A stretch of 64,000 nt of DNA from NCBI GenBank assembly GCA_963839685.1, contig CAWIVS010000002.1, positions 358,859 to 422,858 of the forward strand. The letters run 5' to 3'. The notes under the pieces are model-generated. The model was not told the origin of the DNA. It made no database searches and saw nothing but the letters and a program-made list of their open reading frames with translations. The position numbers were made by a program, and so were the translations under genes. Source of the stretch: an uncultured Pseudomonadota bacterium (lineage in GTDB: Bacteria; Pseudomonadota; Gammaproteobacteria; Steroidobacterales; Steroidobacteraceae). Numbering within the stretch: the stretch's first letter is position 1; every line of letters begins with the position of its first letter. Shown here piece by piece: positions 53,221 to 63,203 of this stretch.

Positions 53221-53258
53221 CAAGTGAAAGGCCGCGCACCCTTTCGAGTACGCGGCCT
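53221..53258 (-). terminator. probable terminator of the BNR-protein gene
   Basis: AGGCCGCG (53229-53236) pairs with CGCGGCCT (53251-53258) around a 14-nt loop. On the minus strand TTCACTT follows, which is a weak U-tract. Confidence 0.45.
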
Positions 53259-53283
53259 CGCTCAGCGCGTGTGATTGTCACAT

Positions 53284-55970
53284 TTACGGCGTCGCAGTCC
53301 TTAGCGGCGCGGCAGTCTGCTTGACGCTCCTGACGACCACGTTGTCCACGGCCACGCCGCAGATTGGCCCGCCGCCCACATCGAGGCAGGTGGCCGAACC
53401 ATCTTGCGTGTACTCGAAGCGCAGCTGCGCGGTGGTTCCCGCCATGCCCGGCAGCCGCAGACGCACGTGCTGGAAGCGGCCCGAATCTCCCGCCCACACC
53501 GACATGTCCTGGAAGTAGTTCGGATTGCTACTACGCGGCAGGTGCTTCGGGAAATGCTTGAAGCCATCAGTCCTGAACTCGTCGTCGAAGGCTTCGACCA
53601 GCACCGATCGCAGGGTGTGGCCCTCGGTCAGGTCCGCGATGCGCAGCGTGAGGCCGTCGTACGCGGTGATGTTGAAGTTCGGATCGAACTCCGTGTCCGT
53701 GCAGACGTCGAACTCCACCGTCACGTAGTCCGCGTCCGCAGGAATCGTGATCGGCGGACTGAACAGCCGCTCCCAGCGTGTCGGGTCACCCGTGCCGTTG
53801 TCGTTGGCGTTCTGGTGGAACGCCGCATTGCTCAAACCGCAAAATGTGTTGCTGGTGATCCACTGGACGGTATTGAGTCCGCCCCCGTGCACGGGCATCC
53901 AGCCCGTGGGCAACGCCCCGACCGGCGTGGTGTTGAAGTACTCCCTGAATATCAATGTCGACACCGGCGTGCCGGTGAACAGTGTGTGACGCAAGGTACC
54001 CGCGTCCCGGGCATCACCACCGAACATGCCAGTGGTCCGCAGGGTGAGCCTGATCGGCGTGCCCGCATCGAAGTCTGGTGACAATCTCAGCAGGTAATTT
54101 CTCGAACTGCCCTCGGTGTCGCCGGGATCGATGCGCCCATAAGAGACCCTACCGCTCGCAATACCGTCACCCCCGGCGTCTGTGATGTCAGCATCGCCGT
54201 CACATTACGTGCCGCCGCCGCCGAATTCGGATTGGTGGTGTAGTTAGTAAGCGGCAGGGTGACTCGGACCGTCTCGCCCGGATCGAGGAAGCCATTGTGA
54301 TTGCTGATGTCTCCATCGACAGCCGTCACGCCATTGACATCGATGGCCAGCGGCAGGGAATTTATGCCCCGCATCGAGAACTGCCCGGAGCGCTTGAACT
54401 CGATATTCGGCACCGTCAATCGCAGGTCGGGCTGCCCATCCACGAAGCCCCCTGGCGGCCGCGACGCCACCGCATACGCCGCGTACAGCACGCCGCCTTG
54501 CGACACCGCCTGGTTGTAGTCGCCCAGGTTCGGCTGGCCCGTGTCGTTTCCCCAACCGGCGTGGAACGGCATCCTCGTCAGCGGCACCGGCGCCGACCAA
54601 TGCGCACCCGCATCGTCGGAGAAGGTGTAGCTCACCTGCGTGAGGTCGCCCGATTTGTCGATGCCCTGGTCGTAATAGAACACGCCCACCCGACCGGTGA
54701 GAGTATCCACCGAGACCCACGGGAACCATTGCGCCCGGTCATCACCGGGCGCCGCGTTGATCTCCACCGGCGCGGAGAGCGACCTGCCGCCGTCCGTGCT
54801 CTTCTGGAATACGATGTCTGCGCCGTCCCCGCTGTTGTTGTTGGCGTACACCAGGTAGACCGTGCCGCGGTGCGGGCCGCGCGAATTGTCCACCGCCAGC
54901 GACGGCGAAGTATTCACGCGGTCATTGCCCAGCACCTGGTCCATGGTGAAGAACTCGGCCGTCTCGAGCGGTACGCCCCAGCTCACGCCATTGTTGGCCG
55001 AGCGTGCCAGCGCAATCGTATTGCCGTAGCCGCCGAACGTTCCCGGGAACGGAAAGCGACGCCACGCCACATACGCCCGCGCGCTGCCCGCCGCGAAGCG
55101 CGGCACCGACGACTGGCCGTCCGACGGTCTCGCCCCCACCACGACGCTCGAAGACCAGGTCGGCACCGCGGCCGTCTTGGCGTTGTCCGACCAGGTGGTG
55201 CGAATCTCAACGCCACCCGGCGCCACCGGCGTGAAATTCGACCAGCTCATAAGGACGCGGCCCGTGTCGGGATCCACGTCGATGAATTCCTTGTCAGCCG
55301 CATCCACCGGGAAACCCTCTTCGATGAGGCCGTTCGGATTGGTCGCCGAGGTCACCTCGAACGGCCCCCGCCAGGTCTTGCCGCAGTCGGTCGAGCGATG
55401 CACACCCATGGTCTGCACGTTCGCTTCCGGGCCGGCTTTCTTGACCAGGATGGACGAGTAGAGGAACACGCAGTCGCCGAGGTATTTCACGTCCGGATCG
55501 CCGAACACCTGCGGGTACCGGGTCGTGCCGATGGTTTCATTACCCGGGGAAGGCAGTTGCCCGCCATCCACGAAGGTCGTGCCGCCGTCCTCGGAATACA
55601 TGTAGCCCGACACCGAGATCGGATTTTTGTCGAACCCGCGCGTGTCGTTGAAGCCGATGACGATGTGCTGACCGCCCTCATCGACTGCGATCGACAGCTC
55701 GGCCTGTCCGCCCGGGGCGCGTTCTTCCCTGTCGCCCTGCTGGGGGCATCTGGGCTGGTTCAGGCAGTCGTCGCCGGCATCCGCGCCTTGGGTGCGCGCT
55801 TCCGGCCCGCCCCGGCCGGTGGTTTGTTGCTTGAGTTTCGCCACGGCCGCGGCCGCGCGCTGTCCCATGGCGGACATCTTGTCGGTTTTCGATTGCGGTC
55901 CGGTATTTGCGGCATTGGCCGCGCTGATGCAGAGCATCAAGGTGATGCAAACGAATGTGAGCGCTTTCAT
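53284..55970 (-). CDS. large secreted BNR/Asp-box (sialidase-like beta-propeller) protein with C-terminal beta-rich domains, one frame interruption
   Basis: GGGAGG RBS, ATG at 55970, signal peptide MKALTFVCITLMLCISAANA. Asp-box repeats are SEDGGTTF, STDCGKTW, SANNGVSW, STDGGRSL and SDDAGAHW. The frame change is near 54090-54130, joining ORFs 54087..56204 and 53284..54084. Confidence 0.7.
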
Positions 55971-56208
55971 CGCAAGCCTCCCTGGCGTGATGAATATTCG
56001 CTGTCGCGAAATGTTTGTAAGGAGGCGGATTCTTCTCCCGAGTGATGCCAGTTGCAATTGGTAGTTAGGCGACGTTCCCGTCAGACAAAGGGAGCGGATG
56101 GCGAAGTAGGAAAACGCTGATAGACAGGAATTCGCGGGCGGAACGCCGGCATCGAATTTACCGATGCACCACCGCAATCGACGATCAACACGCAGCGACA
56201 ACATCGGC

Positions 56209-56462
56209 GCAGGTTATCTCTATTGAGGCGCCTTCCGCTTCTCGTGCTCTTTCTCCGGACTCGGCGGGTCTTTCACCGGCGCCTGCTCGTCCGGCTTCCC
56301 GGACGGCGGCGGATCATTGACCGGCAGCTCGCCGTGCTCGGTGCCCGTCAGCTCGACGGGCGGTATCGGGTTGGGAATGTTTTCCATGGCGGGGATGGTA
56401 CGAGCCTGGCACGGCTCTGCTTGATCGGACCACGGCACCTTGGACTGTAGGGTTATCCCGCT
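56209..56462 (-). repeat. ~250-bp repeat, copy C
   Basis: See copies A and B. The -35-like element is degenerate here (TAACC), at 56431-56456. Confidence 0.85.
56220..56387 (-). CDS. small Pro-rich protein, copy C
   Basis: MENIPNPIPPVELTGTEHGELPVNDPPPSGKPDEQAPVKDPPSPEKEHEKRKAPQ. It lies in frame with, and downstream of, the GNAT ORF. Confidence 0.45.
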   Translation of the reverse strand: MENIPNPIPPVELTGTEHGELPVNDPPPSGKPDEQAPVKDPPSPEKEHEKRKAPQ

Positions 56463-56987
56463 ACGGTTAGCGTGCGGCTCTGCGCGCGGAGAGCCACATG
56501 GCCGCAGCAACCAGCGGTCGTTGTGTTCGTGGCCCGTCTCGCCCATGCGCGATCCGAGGTCGCGAAAGCCATTCCGGTGATAGAACTCCAGCGCCGTCTG
56601 CATTTGCGAGATCGTCTCCAGGTAGCAGCGCACGTAGAGGAATTGCCGTGCCGCCTGGAGGCAGCGTTCCAGTAGTGCATTGCCGAAGCCGCGGCCACGC
56701 GCGTCGCGTCGCAGGTACATGCGCTGCAGCTCGCAGGTGAGCGGATCCGCGCCCGCGAGCGGCGCCACCCCTGCCCCACCCACCACCTCGCCATCGAGCA
56801 GCGCGACGCTGTAGAGCGCACGCTGTCGTTGGTAGGTGTCGTAGAGCGCCAGGTCCGCCGGCTCCAGCAGCGATTCGACTCGGGTTCCGAGACCGTATTC
56901 CGCGCGCGCATCGCGGATGATGCCGAGCATCGCCGGCACGTCGCTGCGTTCCAGCGGGCGGATAGTCAGTCGAGCCTGGTTCAACAT
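56220..56987 (-). CDS. GNAT family N-acetyltransferase; the ORF has no stop before running through repeat copy C
   Basis: The GNAT core runs from 56987 to ~56470 (ELQRMYLRRDARGRGFGNALLERC, ALEFYHRNGF). The open frame continues to 56220, giving a 255-aa ORF. Confidence 0.75.
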   Translation of the reverse strand: MLNQARLTIRPLERSDVPAMLGIIRDARAEYGLGTRVESLLEPADLALYDTYQRQRALYSVALLDGEVVGGAGVAPLAGADPLTCELQRMYLRRDARGRGFGNALLERCLQAARQFLYVRCYLETISQMQTALEFYHRNGFRDLGSRMGETGHEHNDRWLLRPCGSPRAEPHANRSGITLQSKVPWSDQAEPCQARTIPAMENIPNPIPPVELTGTEHGELPVNDPPPSGKPDEQAPVKDPPSPEKEHEKRKAPQ

Positions 56988-57020
56988 TGCGCATCCCTTG
57001 GCTCCCGCACGGATGCGCCC

Positions 57021-57045
57021 AAAAAAACGCCTCCGCGAGGGAGGC
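57021..57045 (-). terminator. Rho-independent terminator (bidirectional shape) at the island boundary
   Basis: GCCTCC (57029-34) pairs with GGAGGC (57040-45). A7 lies on the left, giving a U7 tail on the minus strand. TTTCT lies on the right. Confidence 0.75.
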
Positions 57046-57351
57046 TTTCTGGTTGAGACGTTACGTCAGTTTCGTGCGCTCAATCGCCGGCCTCCTGGTT
57101 ACGCAGGCCGGAGTAATAGCTGTGGAGGAATTGAGGCACGGGGCGACGGTACTGGCTTTGAGACTGGGATGTCAATGACGTGGAAGAAGTCGGTTCGTGC
57201 CGTTGTCTATTTGGCTGCCTCTTTCTTCTTGTGATCTCTTCTTGTGACCTGGATCGCCGGCGTCGCGTTCTTGCTCTCTCCAGACCCAGGTACGAACTCG
57301 ATCCTCTGTCGCCAGCTTCCCTAAGCCTTGATTTGCATCACGTCACTCAAT

Positions 57352-57720
57352 CTAGTCGTCACTCTTGAAACGTGGAAGCCTTACGTCACCAAGCAAGCGG
57401 GTTCCACTTTCGCCTTTGGTTGCAGTTCGGCGCGCTGGACGCCTAGTCTCAGTTCCTGCGACCACATCAATTGCGACGCAACGACCCAGCTTCACAGCTT
57501 GAACGAGCTCAGCATCCGTCGAACAATAGAAGACTTCGCGTGAACAGTCATTGCAGAACCTCACGCTGGATCTTCTGGTAGGGAGCAAATTTTCCCACTT
57601 CTTGTCACATCGGAATGCGAATTGGCAGTTTCGGATCTTGTTTGTTGACACTGATGTCAAATACCTGTATGAGCAGACTAGCCTACTCGATCTCGAGCAA
57701 GAGATGGTCGCACTGGCCAT
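57352..57720 (-). CDS. small Cys-rich (zinc-finger-like) hypothetical protein
   Basis: It contains CQFAFRCDKKWENLLPTRRSSVRFCNDCSREVFYCSTDAELVQAVKLGRCVAI. The real start may be the GTG near 57640, just after a TTGACATCAGTGTCAA palindrome. It is the first low-GC gene, 103 nt downstream of zorD. Confidence 0.4.
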   Translation of the reverse strand: MASATISCSRSSRLVCSYRYLTSVSTNKIRNCQFAFRCDKKWENLLPTRRSSVRFCNDCSREVFYCSTDAELVQAVKLGRCVAIDVVAGTETRRPARRTATKGESGTRLLGDVRLPRFKSDD

Positions 57721-57822
57721 CTTCTTGTCTACAGAAGAGACAGTCAGGAGAGTCCACTCGCATACGGACTTGCCTACCTAAATCTCTAGCGCCCAGATGC
57801 AGATCAAGTGCGACTGTAGGCG

Positions 57823-60800
57823 CTAGGCTTTCGACAATTGGCCTGCATACAGAACTCGCTCGACATCTTCAAGAGTGATCTTGTAACGCTGATGCATTTC
57901 GGCAAGCCGAGCTCGATCTACAATTTCAACCTTATTGTCCTCAGCGCTTTGACGTGCGCCTCTGTTGAAGAATTGAGCCGCAACACAGACTCGCGAGAAG
58001 GTTATCGCCGGGGTACTGTAGCTGATAAGCAGCATGCCCGGTCACTACGTCCTTTATCGCGTCCCAACTCAACTCACGATCCGAACGTTGGGAAGTCTTG
58101 CATTGAATGAGCTCGCCAACGCTTCCATCGATAGCTACGACATCCACGCCTTGATCACCAACTAGTGGGGTCAAGATGACATTGGCGCACCCGCGGCGCG
58201 CCCACAAGACCGCTGTGTAGGCCTCAAAGTGCCGCGGCTGCATGCTTAGAACATCTTCGAATGTTAGCTCGCGTGGCTCTAGGTTCACACTTCCCGAAGG
58301 CGCCACTTTCTTCAAGTCAAAGTCGCCGGAGCCCAAGTCTCCAGACCCGTTGAGCATATCCTCTGCAAGTTCTCTCTTGATCCTGAGTAGCTCATCAAGT
58401 CGCACGTCAAACGTTTCAAAATCAGATGCGCACACGATGGGGCAGTAGACGTGCACGTCCTTCTCCTGACCAATTCGATACGCACGATCCGTTGCCTGAT
58501 CTTCTTTCGCTGGGTTCCAAGTGCGGGTGTAGTGAATGACGTGGTTGGCGGCCTGAATATTCACGCCGAAGCCAACCGCAAGCGGCGACAGGATAATGGC
58601 GCCGAATCCAGGACGCTCCTGGAACTGACGGATGCGTTTCTGCCGACTCGTGTCACTCGCCGATGAAGCCGACGTATCGCCATTGATGATGTCCGCCGCA
58701 TATCCAAGGTCTTCCTGAATGTAATGCCGGAGCAGGAGCTGCATTTCCTTGAACTCACAAAAAATGAGCGCCTTCTCGCCTCCCGCTTTGATTGTCTTCA
58801 AGGTACGGAGCAGCCAATCCAGCTTCGGCGCCTTCGAACGATAGATCGAAAGTGGTTCAGCACGGAATCCGGAAAGCCCGTGCGGCTGCGGATCCGTGCA
58901 GATCATGACGCAAGTATTGGAGAAGACCCAGTGCATTCTTGAAAGGCGTTGCAGACTGCGAATCGAACCGCTGTCCGTACTGTGTAATTGCCTGTACGTA
59001 AAGCGCCCGTTGGACATCGCTCAATGAGAGTGTCTTGCACTCTTCGTTGAGTCTCTTTTCCTTCAGTTCCTTTGCAACGTCCTTCTTCAATCGACGCAGA
59101 GTCTGTGGCTCCGTTAGAGCCCGAAGTGCCTCTACGCTCGTCCTTTGTTCGTCCGTTCTTGCTTCAATTGGGCGTCGATACTGTTGACCGAATTCGTTTA
59201 GCGCTCCCAACAACCCTGGCTGAATGAAGTCAAACAGACACCACAGATCGGTCAAGGTGTTCTCGACCGGAGTGCCGGTGCACGCCACACGGAATCTGGC
59301 GTTCTGCTTCTTTGCCGCGCGTGTCACTAGCGCATTCGGATTCTTGACCTTTTGCGCCTCATCGCAAATCAGAATCGACCACTTCTCCGCTGCAAACGAA
59401 AACTCTAGATCGCGCAGCGTTTCATATGTGGTGAGGACTACGTTTGCCTTCCCGCGCCAGCCTGGTCGCAAAAACTTGACCAGGCCTTCCTGTCGGAGCT
59501 GTTCATCAATTTCATGCTTAGGTACGCGGAATCTGTCGAGCGTGGGCCCATAGACTTCAAGAATCCTCAGTGCATCGGCCTTGAAGAACTTGTGGGCCTC
59601 CTCTCGCCAGTTCTCGAGAAGCGCTACGGGCGCCACGACAAGCGCCGGCAACATATTCGGGTCTCGCTCCTGCGCCCATGCAATCAGCGTCAAGAAGCTG
59701 CAGCGTCTTTCCGAGCCCCATGTCGTCCGCGAGAAGCGCCCCTCGGCATTCCCCCGGGTGAAAGATTAAAAGATGTTGAAGCCAAGCCGACGCCATCAAT
59801 CTGATGCTGCATGAGTTGTGCGTCGGTCTTCAGTCCGTGTGGCAATGAACAGTCTTCAGTTGCGCATCAAGCGTGGCTCTCCGCTTTTCCAAATAATCGA
59901 CCGAAACAACATTCGGCTTGAGCAGGAGTCCGATTCGCGTCAATGGTTTGCGCGGCTCATCTGCGTCGAGGACTGAGCGTTCCAACTTCTCCGCCTCGAG
60001 TCTTGCCTTTTCAAAGCCAGTCAGCACCGGTTCCAGTTCATGGATTGGCAGGGGATCTGGCATCCCAGGCACGCGAATCGAAGTCTCACCAGCTTCCTTC
60101 GCCGCTCGCAGTAGTTCTTTGATCCTTGCGATTTCTTCTGGCGTGAGATGGATGTAACGAGGTTCGCCGCCAGGCTGCTCAGGCGGCAATGCAATGATGT
60201 TGACGAGGTTGTCAGGGAACCATCCACCGCTATCATCCTTCCTGGCGATATACGGAGAGAGGTACGGCTTCTCTTCACCGATCCCCTGAATCCGCTCGGA
60301 ATAGCTCGAAAGATCGTAGATCGCTTCGAGTGCGATTCCCATTAAAGGGCGTGGAGAATCTAACTGAGCTTTTTCGGCGACTGCCCGCTCAAGTGTTTGT
60401 AGCTCTTGCTCGGTGTTGCCAAGCAATTCAAATTCGAATTCTTGCCAGGCACAGAGTTGGCGCCCGACCGCAATGCTCGCCCTCACTTGCTCCGCGAACG
60501 CATGCGACTTCTTCAAATGCAAGCGGTTGCCGAACACACTGGCGAGTTCGGCCCTGCGCCGCTTTCTACTTGAAGTCCGACTGCAATCGGAGCACCGCTC
60601 TGATTTCGATCTACATAGGCGGTGAAAGTGTCAAAAGTGAGTCCGACGCGTTCGCGCTCAGCCTCAAACTCATCTGGATCTATGACTTCGCTCGCCGCCT
60701 CCCCTAGAGCTGAAACGGATTCATGACGAATGCTTCGGCACGCGCTCCTGCCATCCGTCGGCCAGGAAAACGCTTGAGCTGCTCGAGCACAGTCTTTACT

Positions 60801-61715
60801 TCAGGCTTCACGACCACCTGCACGACACCATCCGCGGTGGGGACATCGTAACGATCGCGCACTGCACTGCTTGCATCGAACTTAGCAAGCCATTCTTCGG
60901 GGCAATCCTCGAATCCGGGGATCACCTCGACTACGCGCGAACGGCCTTGTCCGTCCTGCCTCAAGCCGATCTTCAGTCGATCAGGCGACAGGACAACCGT
61001 CCTGAAGAGGAAATCATCGAGACGCGCGCCGGCTGTCAATGCCAAAGTGCGAATTTCACCCCACGTAATGCGCTGACTTCGTTCATCACGCTCTGAGTCC
61101 TCTCGCCGTGAAAACGCTCCGATTCTCTGCAATAGATTCCAAGTGGCAGGCGATAGCAGACCGAACTCGACCGGAGACGGTCACGGTAGCTCCGCTTGTG
61201 GTCACCCCGTGCACCGCACGATTGTTACCATCGATCCATCCGGAGATCGCCACCGCAAATGTACGATCCGTCAGTGAACCTCTGGCTAACAAGTTGCGGC
61301 GCCAATTCGACTTGTGGGGGTATTCCCATCCCCATAAGCGCGGATTTTGCGGTTGGGTCAGCGGAGAGTTGATAGATCGCAGCCCAGGGCACAAACCAGC
61401 CTTCGCCCTGCTCAACTGCGTACCCAGCGTCCGCCCATTGAACAAGCACTGAATCAGCAATCGGATTGGCAGCAGGCGTGCCGGTGCCCTGCGTCGAATA
61501 GCCGATTCCGACTTCGTTGATTTCAACTCGCCAAATTGTCGACGCCCCAGCGGCTTCTCGCACAGTGGCATTCATTAGGGCCATTCCTTCCGCCACCAAA
61601 ACTTCTTTTGGCTGCTATACGCAAAGCCCCAAGCTTTGAGCTGGTTAGCTACGGCCCCAGCATCCATGGGATACAAAACTGCAAGATTCCCGCCCTTAAA
61701 GAATTGTCGTGCCAT
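57823..61715 (-). CDS. zorD: ZorD-like SNF2 helicase with C-terminal Mrr-like nuclease module, at least 10 frame interruptions
   Basis: SNF2 motifs: LMQHQIDGV, LLADDMGLGKT, ILICDEAQKVKN, TGTPVEN, ALIFCEF, QATDRAYRIGQ. The C-terminal GDQGVDVVAIDG...ELIQCKTS matches D-(D/E)xK Mrr_cat. The ~600-aa N-terminal region has no recognised motif. Pieces are ORFs 61225..61599, 60704..61132, 59830..60537, 59557..59799, 58857..59693, 57941..59017 and 57823..58035, plus unlisted short frames. Confidence 0.75.
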
Positions 61716-61742
61716 GTGAGGCGATACAAGTCGCAGAACCCC

Positions 61743-63201
61743 TCAAGTGTTCGGCGGCCAAATGGTGCTGTCGAGCTTCGAAACAACCGGTGGCACTAAT
61801 TGCTCGGGCGCGTTGCGATGAGATGCGCTGTGGCGCCTTAGCGAACTAGCAAAGCTCTTCTCCCAATTTTCATAGCTCTTGTCCAAGTGCAACAAACGCT
61901 CAAGGTTCCTACCTGACCGAAGCCCGGCATCGCCAGTACTACCGCTCACCACTCCTCTCAGTTCAAAAGGAAGGAGCCGACTCGATACAAGAAACAGGCA
62001 TGCCCCGTCATGCCGAACTCCACCGCGACAACATTGGCAATTTTCATGATGAACGCGTTGTTCGCCGGAGAACCAGCATCTTTGAGCCCAAGAGACGTTC
62101 GCCCATTTCACGTCGCATCGCCTTCGCATCCGGGTCGCGAGAATCTCTAATCGTATTTCCAAGTGCGAAATACATATCGTCAATTTGCTCGTAATACTGT
62201 TCCCAGAATCTCACCCGTCGGGGATCCGTCTTGCGATCTTCCGAAAGCAATTCAAAGAACGTCCGGATGGCTTTGAGCTTGAACCACCCAATCACCAACT
62301 TGCGTGCTTCCGGCGAAACGTTCGCCCATTTCTCTTGCCGTGACTCCAGCCATGGGTTTCCCCAACAACTGACCGCGCGGTCCCGAAGCTCCGGGTGAAG
62401 CTTCGGTTCGGCGCACCGGGCGTACGATCGAGAATTAGCTTGAGCCCCTTGTCCTCGAGCAGGATGTGCCCCTCGAGGACTGATAGAAGCGGATCCACCA
62501 GCTTGCAGAAAGTTTCATCCTGTTCCTGAGCTGCAGCGTGAATCTGCGCCAGCACCATTCTTTGCATCAACCAGGCATCGTCGCCTACATCCAAGCGTGA
62601 GCGAATGAAGTCGATGTCTTCTTTCTGGCCTCGCAGTACCTGGGCGGCGTACCGCTCTACAGGGTTCTCGGTAAGCAAGTTTGGATGCTGAGTAATGCAT
62701 TCGACCCATTCAGGTTGTTGCCTTCAGCTTCGATTGAACGTCGTCGATCATGCAGGTATGACCGAAGGCGAGCCCAGTTGCTGCGTCCTACATCGCAGGT
62801 GTCGTGATGTTCACCGTCATATGCGATGTACGTGTGCAAGAGGCCGCGAAAGCAGCGCCGGAATTGCCGGGGTCAGGCTGAAAAACGTCAACCAGATACA
62901 AGAGGTGCGGAAATGAGTCGCTCTCTTCGATGAGAGGCGCCTCACTCCGACTAAATCTTTCGGCCGCGCCAAAGCACACAGCTCGGGCGATCGGAAGGGT
63001 TGGCAGTTCGCGATGTGCTCTGAAGTACATCACCGCCTCGCGCAGACGATCACCTGGCGGGGGGCTACCCGCACCCGCTCCACCAAGATGGCGCTTCAAC
63101 TTTTCAAGTTCCTCATTAAGCAAAGGCGGAACTGGTTCCTGCTCGACTGTGACATCGAACGCCCGGTCGATCGCGGCTTTGAGGTGTGCGATTGGTTCCA
63201 T
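61743..63201 (-). CDS. zorC: ZorC-like (EH-signature domain) protein, at least 5 frame interruptions
   Basis: ATG at 63201, 2 nt after the zorB stop. Pieces are ORFs 62788..63219, 62657..62839, 62292..62678, 62044..62298 and 61743..62183. The C-terminal region has RFWEQYYEQIDDMYFALG and NAFIMKIANVVAVEFGMTGHACFLY. The assignment rests mainly on position and size. Confidence 0.6.
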
Positions 63202-63203
63202 GG

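Noticed and set aside
56220-56987. The GNAT - Pro-rich protein as a real fusion protein.
   Set aside because: The Pro-rich ORF occurs twice elsewhere as a free-standing unit with the same ATG and conserved upstream leader. The linker between the GNAT core and that ATG lies in the region that behaves as non-coding in the other copies. Loss of a stop codon or an indel is more likely. This remains unproven.
57050-57350. A tRNA or tmRNA gene as the integration target at the island boundary.
   Set aside because: I could not fold any cloverleaf. The only T-loop-like string (GAGTTCGTACC, minus strand ~57290) lacks a pairing T-stem and acceptor stem. No integrase gene is present in the window.
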